Virus record (IMG/VR): IMGVR_UViG_3300035704_000001
Span: 1-64,000 of that record
Length of the DNA stretch: 64,000 nt
DNA from: a virus
Reading direction: 5' to 3' (one strand)
Positions 35,472-44,458 of the stretch are shown in pieces. The notes beneath the pieces are model-generated. The model worked only from the letters and a program-made list of their open reading frames with translations. It was not told the origin of the DNA and did not search any database. The stretch's first letter is position 1. Every line of letters starts with the position of its first letter. Made by a program: the position numbers and the translations under genes.

Positions 35472-36257
35472 ATGCGACTACGGGCTCTTACCCCGCGGCG
35501 CCGGGTCATTGCCGCGGTCATGGCCCTGGGCCTGTGCGGAGGCGGTGCGCTCGCCGGGGCTGCCCAGCCCGCGGGTGCGGTCACGGTGACGTGCCTGTCC
35601 TGCATCCACGTGCAGAACGAGTACGCCTTCCGCGGCGCGCTCGACGCGGTGCACCAGGCGACGGCGGTCAACTCGCCGGTCTCGCTCTGGTTCGAGACGC
35701 CGACCACCACCGATGCCGGGGCTGACCTCCAGGTGGTCTCAGCCGGGACGGTCACCCCTGCGGTTGCTACCGCTGACTTCGGCGTGGTCAACCAGTCGAA
35801 GGTCAACTGGGTCGACTACGAGGGCGACTCGGTGGTCCGGTTCCACTACGACCCGTTCGGCAACGGCGGCGCCAACACCTACATCGGGCTGAACGGCCAG
35901 ATGGGCGACGGCACCTCGGTGGCGCTGCGCAAGGACAACCCGAACTCGATCTGGCAGGAGTTCATCGAAGTCCCGGTCAACGCGGTAGGCCAGCCGAACG
36001 GCAACAACAATAACGGCGGGATCAACAACCTGGGCGGCGTGGCCAACGCCTGCGGCAGCCCGGTGACCCCGACGCCGGGCGCGCAGCACTGCGTCCTGAT
36101 CGACGTCGGGCAGACCCAGAACCCGAACGACCCGTTCGTGCTGACCGACCCGGACAACGCCATCACCGGCTCGCTGGTGCAGCAGCGGGTCGAGCAGGCG
36201 GACATCAACCAGTTCGACGCGGTGAACACCGACCAGGTGTGGCAGTTCCGCAACTAG
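35472..36257 (+). CDS. secreted protein, possibly ricin-B/beta-trefoil-like
   Basis: TAAGGAG RBS; signal peptide; WQEF and terminal QVWQF; hairpin 36267-36305 after stop. Confidence 0.75.
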   Translation: MRLRALTPRRRVIAAVMALGLCGGGALAGAAQPAGAVTVTCLSCIHVQNEYAFRGALDAVHQATAVNSPVSLWFETPTTTDAGADLQVVSAGTVTPAVATADFGVVNQSKVNWVDYEGDSVVRFHYDPFGNGGANTYIGLNGQMGDGTSVALRKDNPNSIWQEFIEVPVNAVGQPNGNNNNGGINNLGGVANACGSPVTPTPGAQHCVLIDVGQTQNPNDPFVLTDPDNAITGSLVQQRVEQADINQFDAVNTDQVWQFRN

Positions 36258-36392
36258 CGCGGGCCCGGAAGGCGGCCGCTGCCCTGGGGGCGGTGGCCGC
36301 CTTCCTCGCTGCCTGCCTGGCCCTGGCCGCGGTGCTGGTGCTGACCGGGATGATGCCCTCGTGGTGAGCCGGCCCCGGCGTATACATGGGGT

Positions 36393-36599
36393 ATGGGGAA
36401 CAACGCAAGGCGCCCGCGGCGCCGGTCCGACTGGGGCCCGACCTACGTGCTGTGGTGGCTCATGTGGCTGGTCATCTTGTGGTGGCCGATGCTCGTCAGC
36501 CCGGTGCTGGAGGCCGTATGGCTGCTGGGCTGGGCCGCTTTCGGCCTCGTGCTGCTGAGGCAGCGGGCCCGCCGCCCCGGCCCGCGCGCCCGTCCGTAG
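36393..36599 (+). CDS. small Trp-rich membrane protein
   Basis: two hydrophobic segments flanked by Arg; class II-like motif upstream. Confidence 0.6.
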   Translation: MGNNARRPRRRSDWGPTYVLWWLMWLVILWWPMLVSPVLEAVWLLGWAAFGLVLLRQRARRPGPRARP

Positions 36600-36889
36600 T
36601 ACCTACTGAGCCCAGCGGGCCCGCCGGCACGTGCGCAAGGCGGGTCCCTGGGACGGGGATGAGGGAGGGGCGGCAGCACCGCTGGCCCGCCGGGCGCCCT
36701 TTGCGCAAGGGGCCCCGGCACGTATCAGGGCCGAGCCGCGAGCTGTCCCTCCCGATTCCCGTCAGGTGGATCGCTGCACCACCTGCACCTGGCTGGCCCG
36801 GCTGCGGCTCGGCCCGCTGCTGCGGCGCCACCTCGATCGCTCCTACGCGCGGGCGCACCGGACCCCTGTCAGGTCATAATGGACGGGTC

Positions 36890-38170
36890 ATGCGCTTCTT
36901 CCTCTGCCCCGTGTGCGGCTGGTCCTCCTCGAATGAAGGCGACATCGCCGAGGGCTACTGCGGCTCCTGCCACGCCTGGACCGGGCAGCCCGGGGTCACC
37001 CCGGATGCCCCGCTCGCCTCGATGACCGGGTACTGGAACATCAACGTGAACGGGCCGGTCCTGCCCCCGCTGCCGTGGGGGGACCCGGACGCCGACATCC
37101 TGGGTGACATCCGGGCCGAGATGAACGCGGCGCGGGCCCGGTACAGCTACGCGGAGCCCGGCGAGGTGCTGCTGACGCCGGGCGTGCTGATCGACCACCC
37201 CGGCTGGACCTACGTCGGCACTGAGGGCGACGAGGTGCTGTTCCGGCTCGACGAGACGGACTACCCGCGGGTAGCGTCCTGGCGCCCGGACGTCTCGCTC
37301 GGCCGGTGCACCCTGCAGTACACCCGAGGGCAGGCGCCGGAGATCCGGGTCGGCCGCGAGGTGATGGCCCGCGCCGTCATGGAGCGCATCCGCGTCACCG
37401 ACGTCACCCGGGCGTGGAGCTGGGAAGAGCTGGCCGAGCAGGCCGGGCTGGGCTCGGCCCGGTACCGCTGCGGGTCCTGCGGGCACGAGATGGAGGTCCC
37501 GCCCGGCCACGGCCGCCTGGTGCTGTGCGGGAACCACCCGGGCGAGCGGATGCTGCGGACCATGGCCCGGGTCGACCGGGTCCCGCCGGGCCTGGGGCCG
37601 TGGGAGGCGGGCAGCATCGGCGCGGCCGCCCAGGACCCGGGCTGCCTGATCACCGAGGCCATCGAAGGCTGGCAGATCGCCCAGGCGGGCCGGGACATCA
37701 TCGCGGGCGCCGTCCTGGAGTGGGAGGCGGCCCAGGAGCGGGCCCGGGAGAACGTCTTCACCGACCTGAGGCAGGCCCTGGAGGCACGCTCCGGGCTGAC
37801 GGACGCGCAGTACGAAGAGCAGGTCCGCCGGGTAGACAGGCAGATTCGCGCGGGTTACGGGCTCCCGGCCCAGGGCGTGCTCGACCGCAACCCGGACATG
37901 ATGCTGGACACCCAGGTGGCCGCCCGCGCCCGGGAGCTGGAAGAGCAGATGCCGCCGCGGCCGCGCCGGATGACCTCCCGCCAGCATGCCCGCGAGGCCA
38001 GCGACCGCGCCGAGCAGTTCCTGAAACGGCTCGACGGCGAGGGCTACGGCGTCATCGCCAAGGCCAACCAGGTCGACGAGGAGACGGACAGCATCCCCGA
38101 GCTGCCCCTGCTCGGGGTCGAGCAGGGCGGCAACGCCGCGCGGTGGACCCCGGGGAGTCCCATCCTGTAG
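36890..38170 (+). CDS. hypothetical protein with zinc ribbons
   Basis: CPVCG...CGSCH, CGSCG; CATAAT just upstream. Confidence 0.75.
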   Translation: MRFFLCPVCGWSSSNEGDIAEGYCGSCHAWTGQPGVTPDAPLASMTGYWNINVNGPVLPPLPWGDPDADILGDIRAEMNAARARYSYAEPGEVLLTPGVLIDHPGWTYVGTEGDEVLFRLDETDYPRVASWRPDVSLGRCTLQYTRGQAPEIRVGREVMARAVMERIRVTDVTRAWSWEELAEQAGLGSARYRCGSCGHEMEVPPGHGRLVLCGNHPGERMLRTMARVDRVPPGLGPWEAGSIGAAAQDPGCLITEAIEGWQIAQAGRDIIAGAVLEWEAAQERARENVFTDLRQALEARSGLTDAQYEEQVRRVDRQIRAGYGLPAQGVLDRNPDMMLDTQVAARARELEEQMPPRPRRMTSRQHAREASDRAEQFLKRLDGEGYGVIAKANQVDEETDSIPELPLLGVEQGGNAARWTPGSPIL

Positions 38171-38188
38171 CAGGCCGATTGCACCGGC

Positions 38189-38461
38189 ATGGCCGTCCAT
38201 GTCCAGTGCGTTGGCTGCGGAGCCTGGGGGATCACCGAGGACCACGCGTTCCCCGACGCCGCCGCCGTCTGCACCTCTGCCGAGAACGAGCCCGAGGGAT
38301 CGCCCGCGGGCAGCTGCTGCCCCGAGCACGAGAGCCTGGAGCACCACCTCGCGGAAGCCCGCGAGACCGGGCTGAGCCACTGCCGCCCGCTCATCGTCAC
38401 CATCATGGGCGCGCAGCACCCGGCCGGGCCCGGCCAGGGCGTCCTGCTGCAGGGAGGCTGA
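38189..38461 (+). CDS. Cys/His-rich hypothetical protein
   Basis: CVGCG...CCPEH...CRPL. Confidence 0.7.
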   Translation: MAVHVQCVGCGAWGITEDHAFPDAAAVCTSAENEPEGSPAGSCCPEHESLEHHLAEARETGLSHCRPLIVTIMGAQHPAGPGQGVLLQGG

Positions 38462-38967
38462 TGATGGGCGACTCCATCCGCGCGGTCGCGGCCCGGGCGC
38501 TGGTCGCCCTCGTCGGCGTGCTGCTGGTGCTCCAGCTGATGACCGGCGCGATGACCGACCGGAACCGGGTCACCTCGCTGCTGAACTCCATCATGGCCGG
38601 GTCTACCTGGCCGGTCGTGCCGACGGGCTGGCGGCTCCGGCTGATGACCGCCAACGGCTCGGGCACGGCCAACGGCACCGAGCTGACCGCCGCGACCGGG
38701 TATACCGCGCTCGGCGCGACCATGGCCGCCTGGACCACCATCTCCGGTACCACCGCGCTCATCTCCGGGCCGTCGGTCGCCGTCTCCTGGACGAACTCGG
38801 GCGGGTCGGCCTGGACCGCGGTGACCGGCGTGGAGGTCTGGGACACGGCCGGCACCCCGCTGCGGTGGTTCTTCGGCTCGCTGACCGGCGGCGCGGTCAC
38901 CATCAACGCCGGGAACACGCTGCAGTTCGCCATCAACTCGATCGGCTTCGACGGCACCGGCTGGTAG
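38461..38967 (+). CDS. putative virion/tail-fibre-associated beta protein
   Basis: GTELT..GY..., VEVWD..GT...FGSL...TINAGNTLQF pattern seen in phage tail-associated proteins. Confidence 0.6.
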   Translation: MMGDSIRAVAARALVALVGVLLVLQLMTGAMTDRNRVTSLLNSIMAGSTWPVVPTGWRLRLMTANGSGTANGTELTAATGYTALGATMAAWTTISGTTALISGPSVAVSWTNSGGSAWTAVTGVEVWDTAGTPLRWFFGSLTGGAVTINAGNTLQFAINSIGFDGTGW

Positions 38968-38999
38968 CCCTGGCCGGCCGCTGAGAGGCGGTCCTCACC

Positions 39000-41900
39000 A
39001 TGCACGGGCTGCCGGACATCAAAGCCGCTGTCAGGCGGCTGCAGGCCCGTCAGCGCGGCTGGGGCCGCGGGCAGGCTTACGCCGGCCAGGTCATCGGGTA
39101 CCGCCGGGACGGGCGGCCCATCCGGCTGGCCTTCGGCGCGGCAGGCCCGGCCGTCGTCCAGACCAAATCCAACTCCGCGACGTCCGGGACCGCGCTCGCG
39201 GTCACCCTGACCTCCACCGGGGCCGGGAACTCGCTGATCGTCTGCGTGGCCACCAACGCGGCGACGTCCGCGAACTTCGCGTCCGGGGTCAAGACCAGCT
39301 CGAACAAGGTGCTGGCTGCCGCGAAGCAGGAGACCGACTCGGCCGGGGCGGCGGCGGAGATCTGGTACGTGGACGGGCTGTCCGCGGGGGACACCTCGGT
39401 CACGATCACCTTCCCGACCGCGCTGTCCCACCAGAACGCGGTCGCGTACGAGGTCTCCGGGCTGGGCGGCGCGGGCGGGTCGCTGGACAAGACCAACGCG
39501 GCGTTCGCTGACGGCGCGTCCCCGACCACCTGGACCTCCGGCGCGACCGGCACGCTCACGCAGGCGTCGGAGTTCGCGGTCGGGTGCTCTTCCCAGGTCG
39601 GCCTGTCGGTCGTGGTCACCCCGCCGTCCAGCCCGTGGACGAACACCTCGATCAGCTCGGCCGGCGGCATCACCGCGGGCGAGCAGGTGGTCAGCGCGAC
39701 CACCAGCCTGACCTACGGCGGCACCAACACCCACTCGGGAACCGGCCACACCGCCACCTGCATCGCCACCTTCAAGGCCTCCACCGCGACCACCACGAAC
39801 GCCACCGTCTCGGCGTCCGGCTCGGGCACCGCCACGGCGGCCGCCCCGCAGAGCCCGGGCGCGGCGGGTTCGGGTTCCGGTACGGTATCCGCGGCCGCGT
39901 CGGTCACTGTGCCGGCCGGCGTGGCCGCATCCGGCTCCGGCGCGGCCTCGCTCGCGGCCGTGACCGGGCCCGGGGTATCCGGCGCGGGTACCGGGGCCGC
40001 GTCCGCGTCCGTCCGGGTTCTTCCGGGAGTCTCCGGAACGGGCGCCGGGGCCGCGTCCGCGGCCGCGTCCGCGGTCATCCCGGGCGGGGTCGCTGCCTCC
40101 GGTGCCGGCACCGGTGCGCTCGCCGTCACCACGAGTCCGGGCGTGGCCGCGTCCGGAACGGGCACGGCATCCGCGGTCCTGGCGGTCCTGCCGGGAGTCT
40201 CGGGCACAGGCACGGGCACGGCCGGCGCCGCCGGGTCGCTCACCGCCGCCGGGGGCGTCTCCGGATCGGGCACCGGCACCGGCTCGGCCGCTGAGGTCAC
40301 CCAGCCCGGGGTGGCTGCGAGCGGCGGCGGCGTGGCATCCGCATCTGCCCAGCAGCTGCCGCAGGTGTCCGGCTCGGGCACCGGAACCGCGAGCGCGGCT
40401 CTTTCCCGGCTCCCGGGCGTGGCCGCATCCGGCGCTGGTACCGTGGCCGTGGCTGCCAGCCTGCAGCCCGGCGTCCCGGCGTCGGGCACGGGTGTCAGCT
40501 CAGCCGCCGCGCCCTCGACACCGGCAGTGGCGGCAAGCGGGCTGGGCGCTGCCGCCGTGGCCGCGCAGGCGCTCGTGCCTGTCGCGGCCGCGGGGTCCGG
40601 CTCCGGTACCGCCAGCCTCGGCCCGGCCCAGGTTCTGGGGGCGGCGGCCTCCGGAACCGGATCGGCCGGCATCGCCCTGGCCCAGCTGCCCGGCGTGGCG
40701 GCCGCGGGCGCCGGCTCGGTGTCCGCGTCTGTCCGTACCGGGCCGGGGGTGTCCGCATCCGGTACCGGGGCGGCCTCGGTGCCCGGGGTGCTCCAGCTCG
40801 CGGTGGTGGCGGGCTCGGGAGCCGGCGTGGCCGCGGCCGGGCTCCAGATCGCCCTGTCCGTGTCCGGCGCGGGATCGGGCTCCGCGTCCGCCGCGGCTGT
40901 CCAGGGCCCGTCAGCGGCCGCCACGGGCTCGGGCACGGCCAGCCTCGGCCTCACGCAGCAGCCGGGGGCCTCCGGCTCCGGCACGGGCACCGCGTCGGCC
41001 GGGCCCCCGGCGGTCACCTCCGGGCTCGGGGTCCTCGCCACGGGCTCGGGGTCGGGCGGCGCCGGCGCGGTCCTGGGGGCGGGGGTCTCCGGGGCCGGCC
41101 TGGGCACCATGTCCGCCGGGGTCACGCAGCGGCCGGCTGTCTCGGCTGCGGGGCTGGGCAGCGCGGCCGCGGCCGCGGCGCAAGACCCCGGGGCGGCCGC
41201 GGCCGGCCAGGGTCAGGCATCGGCCGCCGCCGCTACCGGTCCCGCCATCGCATCCGCGGGCTCAGGCGCGGCTGTGCTCTCCGGTTCCCTCGCCGCACCC
41301 GTTACCGCGTCCGGATCGGGATCGGCTGTCCTGGGGCTCGTACAGGGCCCGGCAGCGGGCGGTGCGGGCACGGGCACCGCGGTGGCCGCCGGCGGGTCGG
41401 CGGTCAGCGCCGGGGTGACGGCCTCCGGTACCGGCGCGGCCATCCTCGCGGCCGTCTCGCTGATCCTGATCACCGACTCCGATTCGTGCCTTGCGAGCGA
41501 GTCCGAGTTCGCCTGGCTGACCGACTCCGACGGGGCGGTGATGGCCGACGGCGGGGAGATCATCGTCATCAGGGACAGAGATTCGTGCGGGATTTCCGAG
41601 CGCGAGCTGACGGCGTGGCCCTCTGACCAGGACTCGTGCACCGCGGACGATGAGGCCATGTCGGCATGGCCGGGAGATTACGACAGGATTTCCGCGGCCG
41701 ACGGCGGGGAGCTGATCACCTTGTCCGGCGGGGCCGAAACGTGCACCGCGACGGACGCCGAGCTGCCCTTGCAGGTGTGGACCTACCCGCCGCTGATCCG
41801 CATCGGCCCAGGTGGGCACTTCGTGGTGCGGTCGCGCGAGGGCCGGGTGGTCGTGACCGGACGGCATGCCGGGGCCGACATCCTGCGGTTCGCGCAGCAG

Positions 41901-42038
41901 CTGTCCGCGGCGGCGGAAACGCTCTGGGTCCTGGATAGCGACGCAGCCCGGATGAGCGAGGCGGAGCAGGTGCCGGACTCGGTGAGCATCGACATCCTGC
42001 CGGCTCTTGATGTCTCCGTACTTGTGTCAGGTGGCTAG
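39000..42038 (+). CDS. 1012-aa Ala/Gly/Ser/Thr repeat protein, putative virion fibre or adhesin
   Basis: about 30 imperfect ~18-aa repeats PGV(A/S)xSG(T/S)GxAS; acidic D-x-D-S-C repeats near C-terminus. Confidence 0.75.
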   Translation: MHGLPDIKAAVRRLQARQRGWGRGQAYAGQVIGYRRDGRPIRLAFGAAGPAVVQTKSNSATSGTALAVTLTSTGAGNSLIVCVATNAATSANFASGVKTSSNKVLAAAKQETDSAGAAAEIWYVDGLSAGDTSVTITFPTALSHQNAVAYEVSGLGGAGGSLDKTNAAFADGASPTTWTSGATGTLTQASEFAVGCSSQVGLSVVVTPPSSPWTNTSISSAGGITAGEQVVSATTSLTYGGTNTHSGTGHTATCIATFKASTATTTNATVSASGSGTATAAAPQSPGAAGSGSGTVSAAASVTVPAGVAASGSGAASLAAVTGPGVSGAGTGAASASVRVLPGVSGTGAGAASAAASAVIPGGVAASGAGTGALAVTTSPGVAASGTGTASAVLAVLPGVSGTGTGTAGAAGSLTAAGGVSGSGTGTGSAAEVTQPGVAASGGGVASASAQQLPQVSGSGTGTASAALSRLPGVAASGAGTVAVAASLQPGVPASGTGVSSAAAPSTPAVAASGLGAAAVAAQALVPVAAAGSGSGTASLGPAQVLGAAASGTGSAGIALAQLPGVAAAGAGSVSASVRTGPGVSASGTGAASVPGVLQLAVVAGSGAGVAAAGLQIALSVSGAGSGSASAAAVQGPSAAATGSGTASLGLTQQPGASGSGTGTASAGPPAVTSGLGVLATGSGSGGAGAVLGAGVSGAGLGTMSAGVTQRPAVSAAGLGSAAAAAAQDPGAAAAGQGQASAAAATGPAIASAGSGAAVLSGSLAAPVTASGSGSAVLGLVQGPAAGGAGTGTAVAAGGSAVSAGVTASGTGAAILAAVSLILITDSDSCLASESEFAWLTDSDGAVMADGGEIIVIRDRDSCGISERELTAWPSDQDSCTADDEAMSAWPGDYDRISAADGGELITLSGGAETCTATDAELPLQVWTYPPLIRIGPGGHFVVRSREGRVVVTGRHAGADILRFAQQLSAAAETLWVLDSDAARMSEAEQVPDSVSIDILPALDVSVLVSGG

Positions 42039-42074
42039 CGGTGCTACCGTAGCGTTTTAGCAGGTCAGAAAAAA

Positions 42075-42107
42075 GATATCCAGTTTCCTTGTGATATCTA
42101 GATATCA
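42075..42107. promoter_or_regulatory. GATATC-box operator candidate
   Basis: perfect palindrome TGATATCTAGATATCA (42092-42107) plus GATATC at 42076. Confidence 0.6.
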
Positions 42108-42125
42108 TGTGGTAGAACAGATTCC

Positions 42126-42413
42126 GTGAGCGCCAGCACCCAGAACATGCTTCTGCGGCTCCCGCCGGAGCTGATGGAGGAACTGGAGGCTGCCTGCGAT
42201 GACGAGGGCCTGGACCGCACCGAGCTGGTGATCCAGGGACTTGTCATCCGGCTCCGGATGAAGGACAAGAGCAGGGTCGGCCCGCTGCTGGACGCCTACG
42301 GCTACCAGCCACGACGCAGGCCGGGGCGCCCCCGCAAGGGAGCGGCCGCACTGAACGGATCGGGACCCGGCGGAACACCAGGTGCAACCGGAGGGTTGCA
42401 TGATGAAGCCTGA
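42126..42413 (+). CDS. ribbon-helix-helix (CopG-like) regulator with AT-hook
   Basis: MLLRLPPELMEELEAACDDEGLDRTELVIQGL; RRPGRPRK. Confidence 0.75.
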   Translation: MSASTQNMLLRLPPELMEELEAACDDEGLDRTELVIQGLVIRLRMKDKSRVGPLLDAYGYQPRRRPGRPRKGAAALNGSGPGGTPGATGGLHDEA

Positions 42414-42534
42414 GGAGGGATCAGATGGCTAGCGTTCGACACGGACTGCGACAAAGTTTGGCCCCGTGTAGAAGAACGTATAAAAGCATTGTTCCGCCCC
42501 GGGTAATAATTACAAAACCAGCAGCAAGTTTTCA

Positions 42535-42835
42535 GAGCTGCGGGCTGCCCGCCCGGGCAACGCTGACCGCCACCCTGGAGAGCCGCGGTACCAACTCCCG
42601 CGGATGCAAGGCGGTACCCGGCTCACACCGGAGCTGGGTGTACCTGACTGAGGAGATCCGCCGCGAGGCGTCGATCCCCGGGGAAAGGTGCCTCAGGCGA
42701 AAGGGACCAGCCGCCGCGAGCGGCAGGGCCGGCATCAGCCGGCCTGGAGCAGCACCCATGACGGACCAGGCAGGCCTCTCTCAGCCGGCCCGGTTCACGA
42801 GGTGTCCCTGTCAGGCGGGCAGCCTGCTCTTTTCT
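42535..42835 (+). ncRNA. candidate structured ncRNA (~300 nt)
   Basis: ends pair (42540-42553/42814-42827) before a T-rich tail; at least six internal helices incl. a GNRA loop; AT-rich promoter-like region upstream. Confidence 0.55.
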
Positions 42836-42852
42836 TCCCGCGGAGGTGCGTG

Positions 42853-43125
42853 ATGGCACGCTTGCTGGGATCTGACCCGGCCGCCGACGCGGCCGTGGCG
42901 CACGCGCTGGAGCTGGCCGGCGCGGCCCGGGCGAACTACCGGGGCGAGATCGAGTTCACCGGCCCGGACCCGGCGCTGGTGCCGTTCGCGCTGGCCGAGA
43001 TCTGCGCCATCCTCATGGACCAGCTGGACGCCGCCGGCGGGGACTCCTCCGCGGTGATGATGGACATCTACATGGCAGTGAACGGACGAGACCGGGGGGA
43101 GACTGAGGGAGCGGGACATGGCTAG
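42853..43125 (+). CDS. hypothetical protein
   Basis: GGAGG RBS. Confidence 0.7.
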   Translation: MARLLGSDPAADAAVAHALELAGAARANYRGEIEFTGPDPALVPFALAEICAILMDQLDAAGGDSSAVMMDIYMAVNGRDRGETEGAGHG

Positions 43126-43402
43126 AACGCACGACCTGGCCGGCATGACCCCGGGGCAGCTGCACGCCCTGGGCATCGAGACGCTGGACATGTCGCTCAG
43201 CGCCGCGCACGGCGACCTGGGACGGGCGAGCGCCCAGGCGACCCAGGCGATGGCGCTGTTCTTCGCCTCGCTGTCAGCGGACAACCTGGACGAGCTGGCC
43301 GGCTCGCACCGGGCGCCCTCGCTGGACCGGGAGGCCGGCGCGGCGCTGAAGCGGGCGCTGGCGGAGGACAAGACGCTCGGGGAGCGGGTGCACGATGGCT
43401 GA
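43118..43402 (+). CDS. hypothetical protein
   Basis: overlapping operon gene. Confidence 0.7.
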   Translation: MARTHDLAGMTPGQLHALGIETLDMSLSAAHGDLGRASAQATQAMALFFASLSADNLDELAGSHRAPSLDREAGAALKRALAEDKTLGERVHDG

Positions 43403-43814
43403 GGCTGGGCCCTACGACCCTGCCCGGGACCTGGCCGTGCTGCTGCACGCGGCCGTCCGGCAGGGGTTCTGGTCGCCGGCTGCCCGCGGTTCCATCGGCC
43501 GGCTGGCCCGGGAGCTGGACGTCGGCGACTTCACCATGGCCTCCGACGTCGAGACCCGGCTGCGCGAGATGCTGGACCGGGCCGGCCGGGAGCGCGCCGG
43601 CCGCGACGAGGCAGCCGCGGCCGCCACCCGGCTGCACGAGGACGCCGCGGCGTTCCGCGCGGAGATGGCCGGCGCGGAGGCGGACCTGGACGGCTTCGTC
43701 AGCCGCACGCTGGCGGCGGCGGCCTCGGAGCTGCCGGAGCACCATCCCATCCGGCGGGTGCTGGCCCGCCGGCCGGACCCGGGCTACCCGGTCAGCTACA
43801 ACGGCGCCATCTGA
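43395..43814 (+). CDS. hypothetical protein
   Basis: overlapping operon gene. Confidence 0.7.
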   Translation: MAEAGPYDPARDLAVLLHAAVRQGFWSPAARGSIGRLARELDVGDFTMASDVETRLREMLDRAGRERAGRDEAAAAATRLHEDAAAFRAEMAGAEADLDGFVSRTLAAAASELPEHHPIRRVLARRPDPGYPVSYNGAI

Positions 43815-44146
43815 TGAAGATCGCGGGCCACTGCCCGATGGGCTGCGGCGAGGGCCTGATCCTGTCCGAGCTGGGCGAGATCTTCTGCGCGGGCCTGCTG
43901 TGCCCCCGGCCCGCCGCGGCCGCGGAGATCCTGGCTGACGCCGAGTCCGGGCACGTGGTCATCATCACCGCGGAGGGCTTCACCATCCGGCACCCGCTGC
44001 GCGAGCGGCTGGACGACGCGCTGATGGACTGCGAGGTCCACGTGAAGTGCGCCCGGTACGGCGATGAGGTCGAGCCGGGCACCTACCGGGCCGCCCGGAA
44101 TGCCCGGGGCGCCTGGGAACTAACCCCGCTTGACGACCGCACTTGA
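43814..44146 (+). CDS. DUF6085-like protein
   Basis: GHCPMGCG...CPRP...FTIRHPLRERL. Confidence 0.55.
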   Translation: MKIAGHCPMGCGEGLILSELGEIFCAGLLCPRPAAAAEILADAESGHVVIITAEGFTIRHPLRERLDDALMDCEVHVKCARYGDEVEPGTYRAARNARGAWELTPLDDRT

Positions 44147-44172
44147 CAGCAGTCAGGTGAAACACGTACGGT
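44143..44172 (+). promoter_or_regulatory. class I promoter/operator (leaderless)
   Basis: TTGACAGCAGTCAGGT; N18; TACGGT; ATG at 44180. Confidence 0.75.
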
Positions 44173-44179
44173 GGCGTGC

Positions 44180-44458
44180 ATGGGGATACTGACAGACGAC
44201 CAGGGCCGGTTCCATGACCCGGACTGCGCCGCCTCGCATGCGTTCTTCGTCGAAGACCGCGGGCACGTCAGCGTGGCGGCGGAGGCGGCGAAGATGATCC
44301 GGGCCGGCGGCATCGCGGCCGTCCGGGCCCGGGTCTGGCTGCACCGCCGGGGCCTGGCCGAGTCCGAGCTGGGCACCGCCGCCGGGCGGGCCCGGGTCAA
44401 CACCATCGCGGCCGGGATGCACGGCTGCTTAACAGCGACAGGGAAGGCACGAAAATGA
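44180..44458 (+). CDS. hypothetical protein
   Basis: start at predicted +1. Confidence 0.65.
   Translation: MGILTDDQGRFHDPDCAASHAFFVEDRGHVSVAAEAAKMIRAGGIAAVRARVWLHRRGLAESELGTAAGRARVNTIAAGMHGCLTATGKARK

Noticed and set aside
42644-42702. Hammerhead ribozyme (CTGACTGA...GAAA)
   Set aside because: The core has an extra nucleotide relative to CUGANGA, and I could not build stems I and III
42425-42853. 142-aa ORF over the second ncRNA candidate
   Set aside because: Atypical codon usage and composition; it spans an AT-rich promoter-like tract. A GAGG upstream means it is not fully excluded
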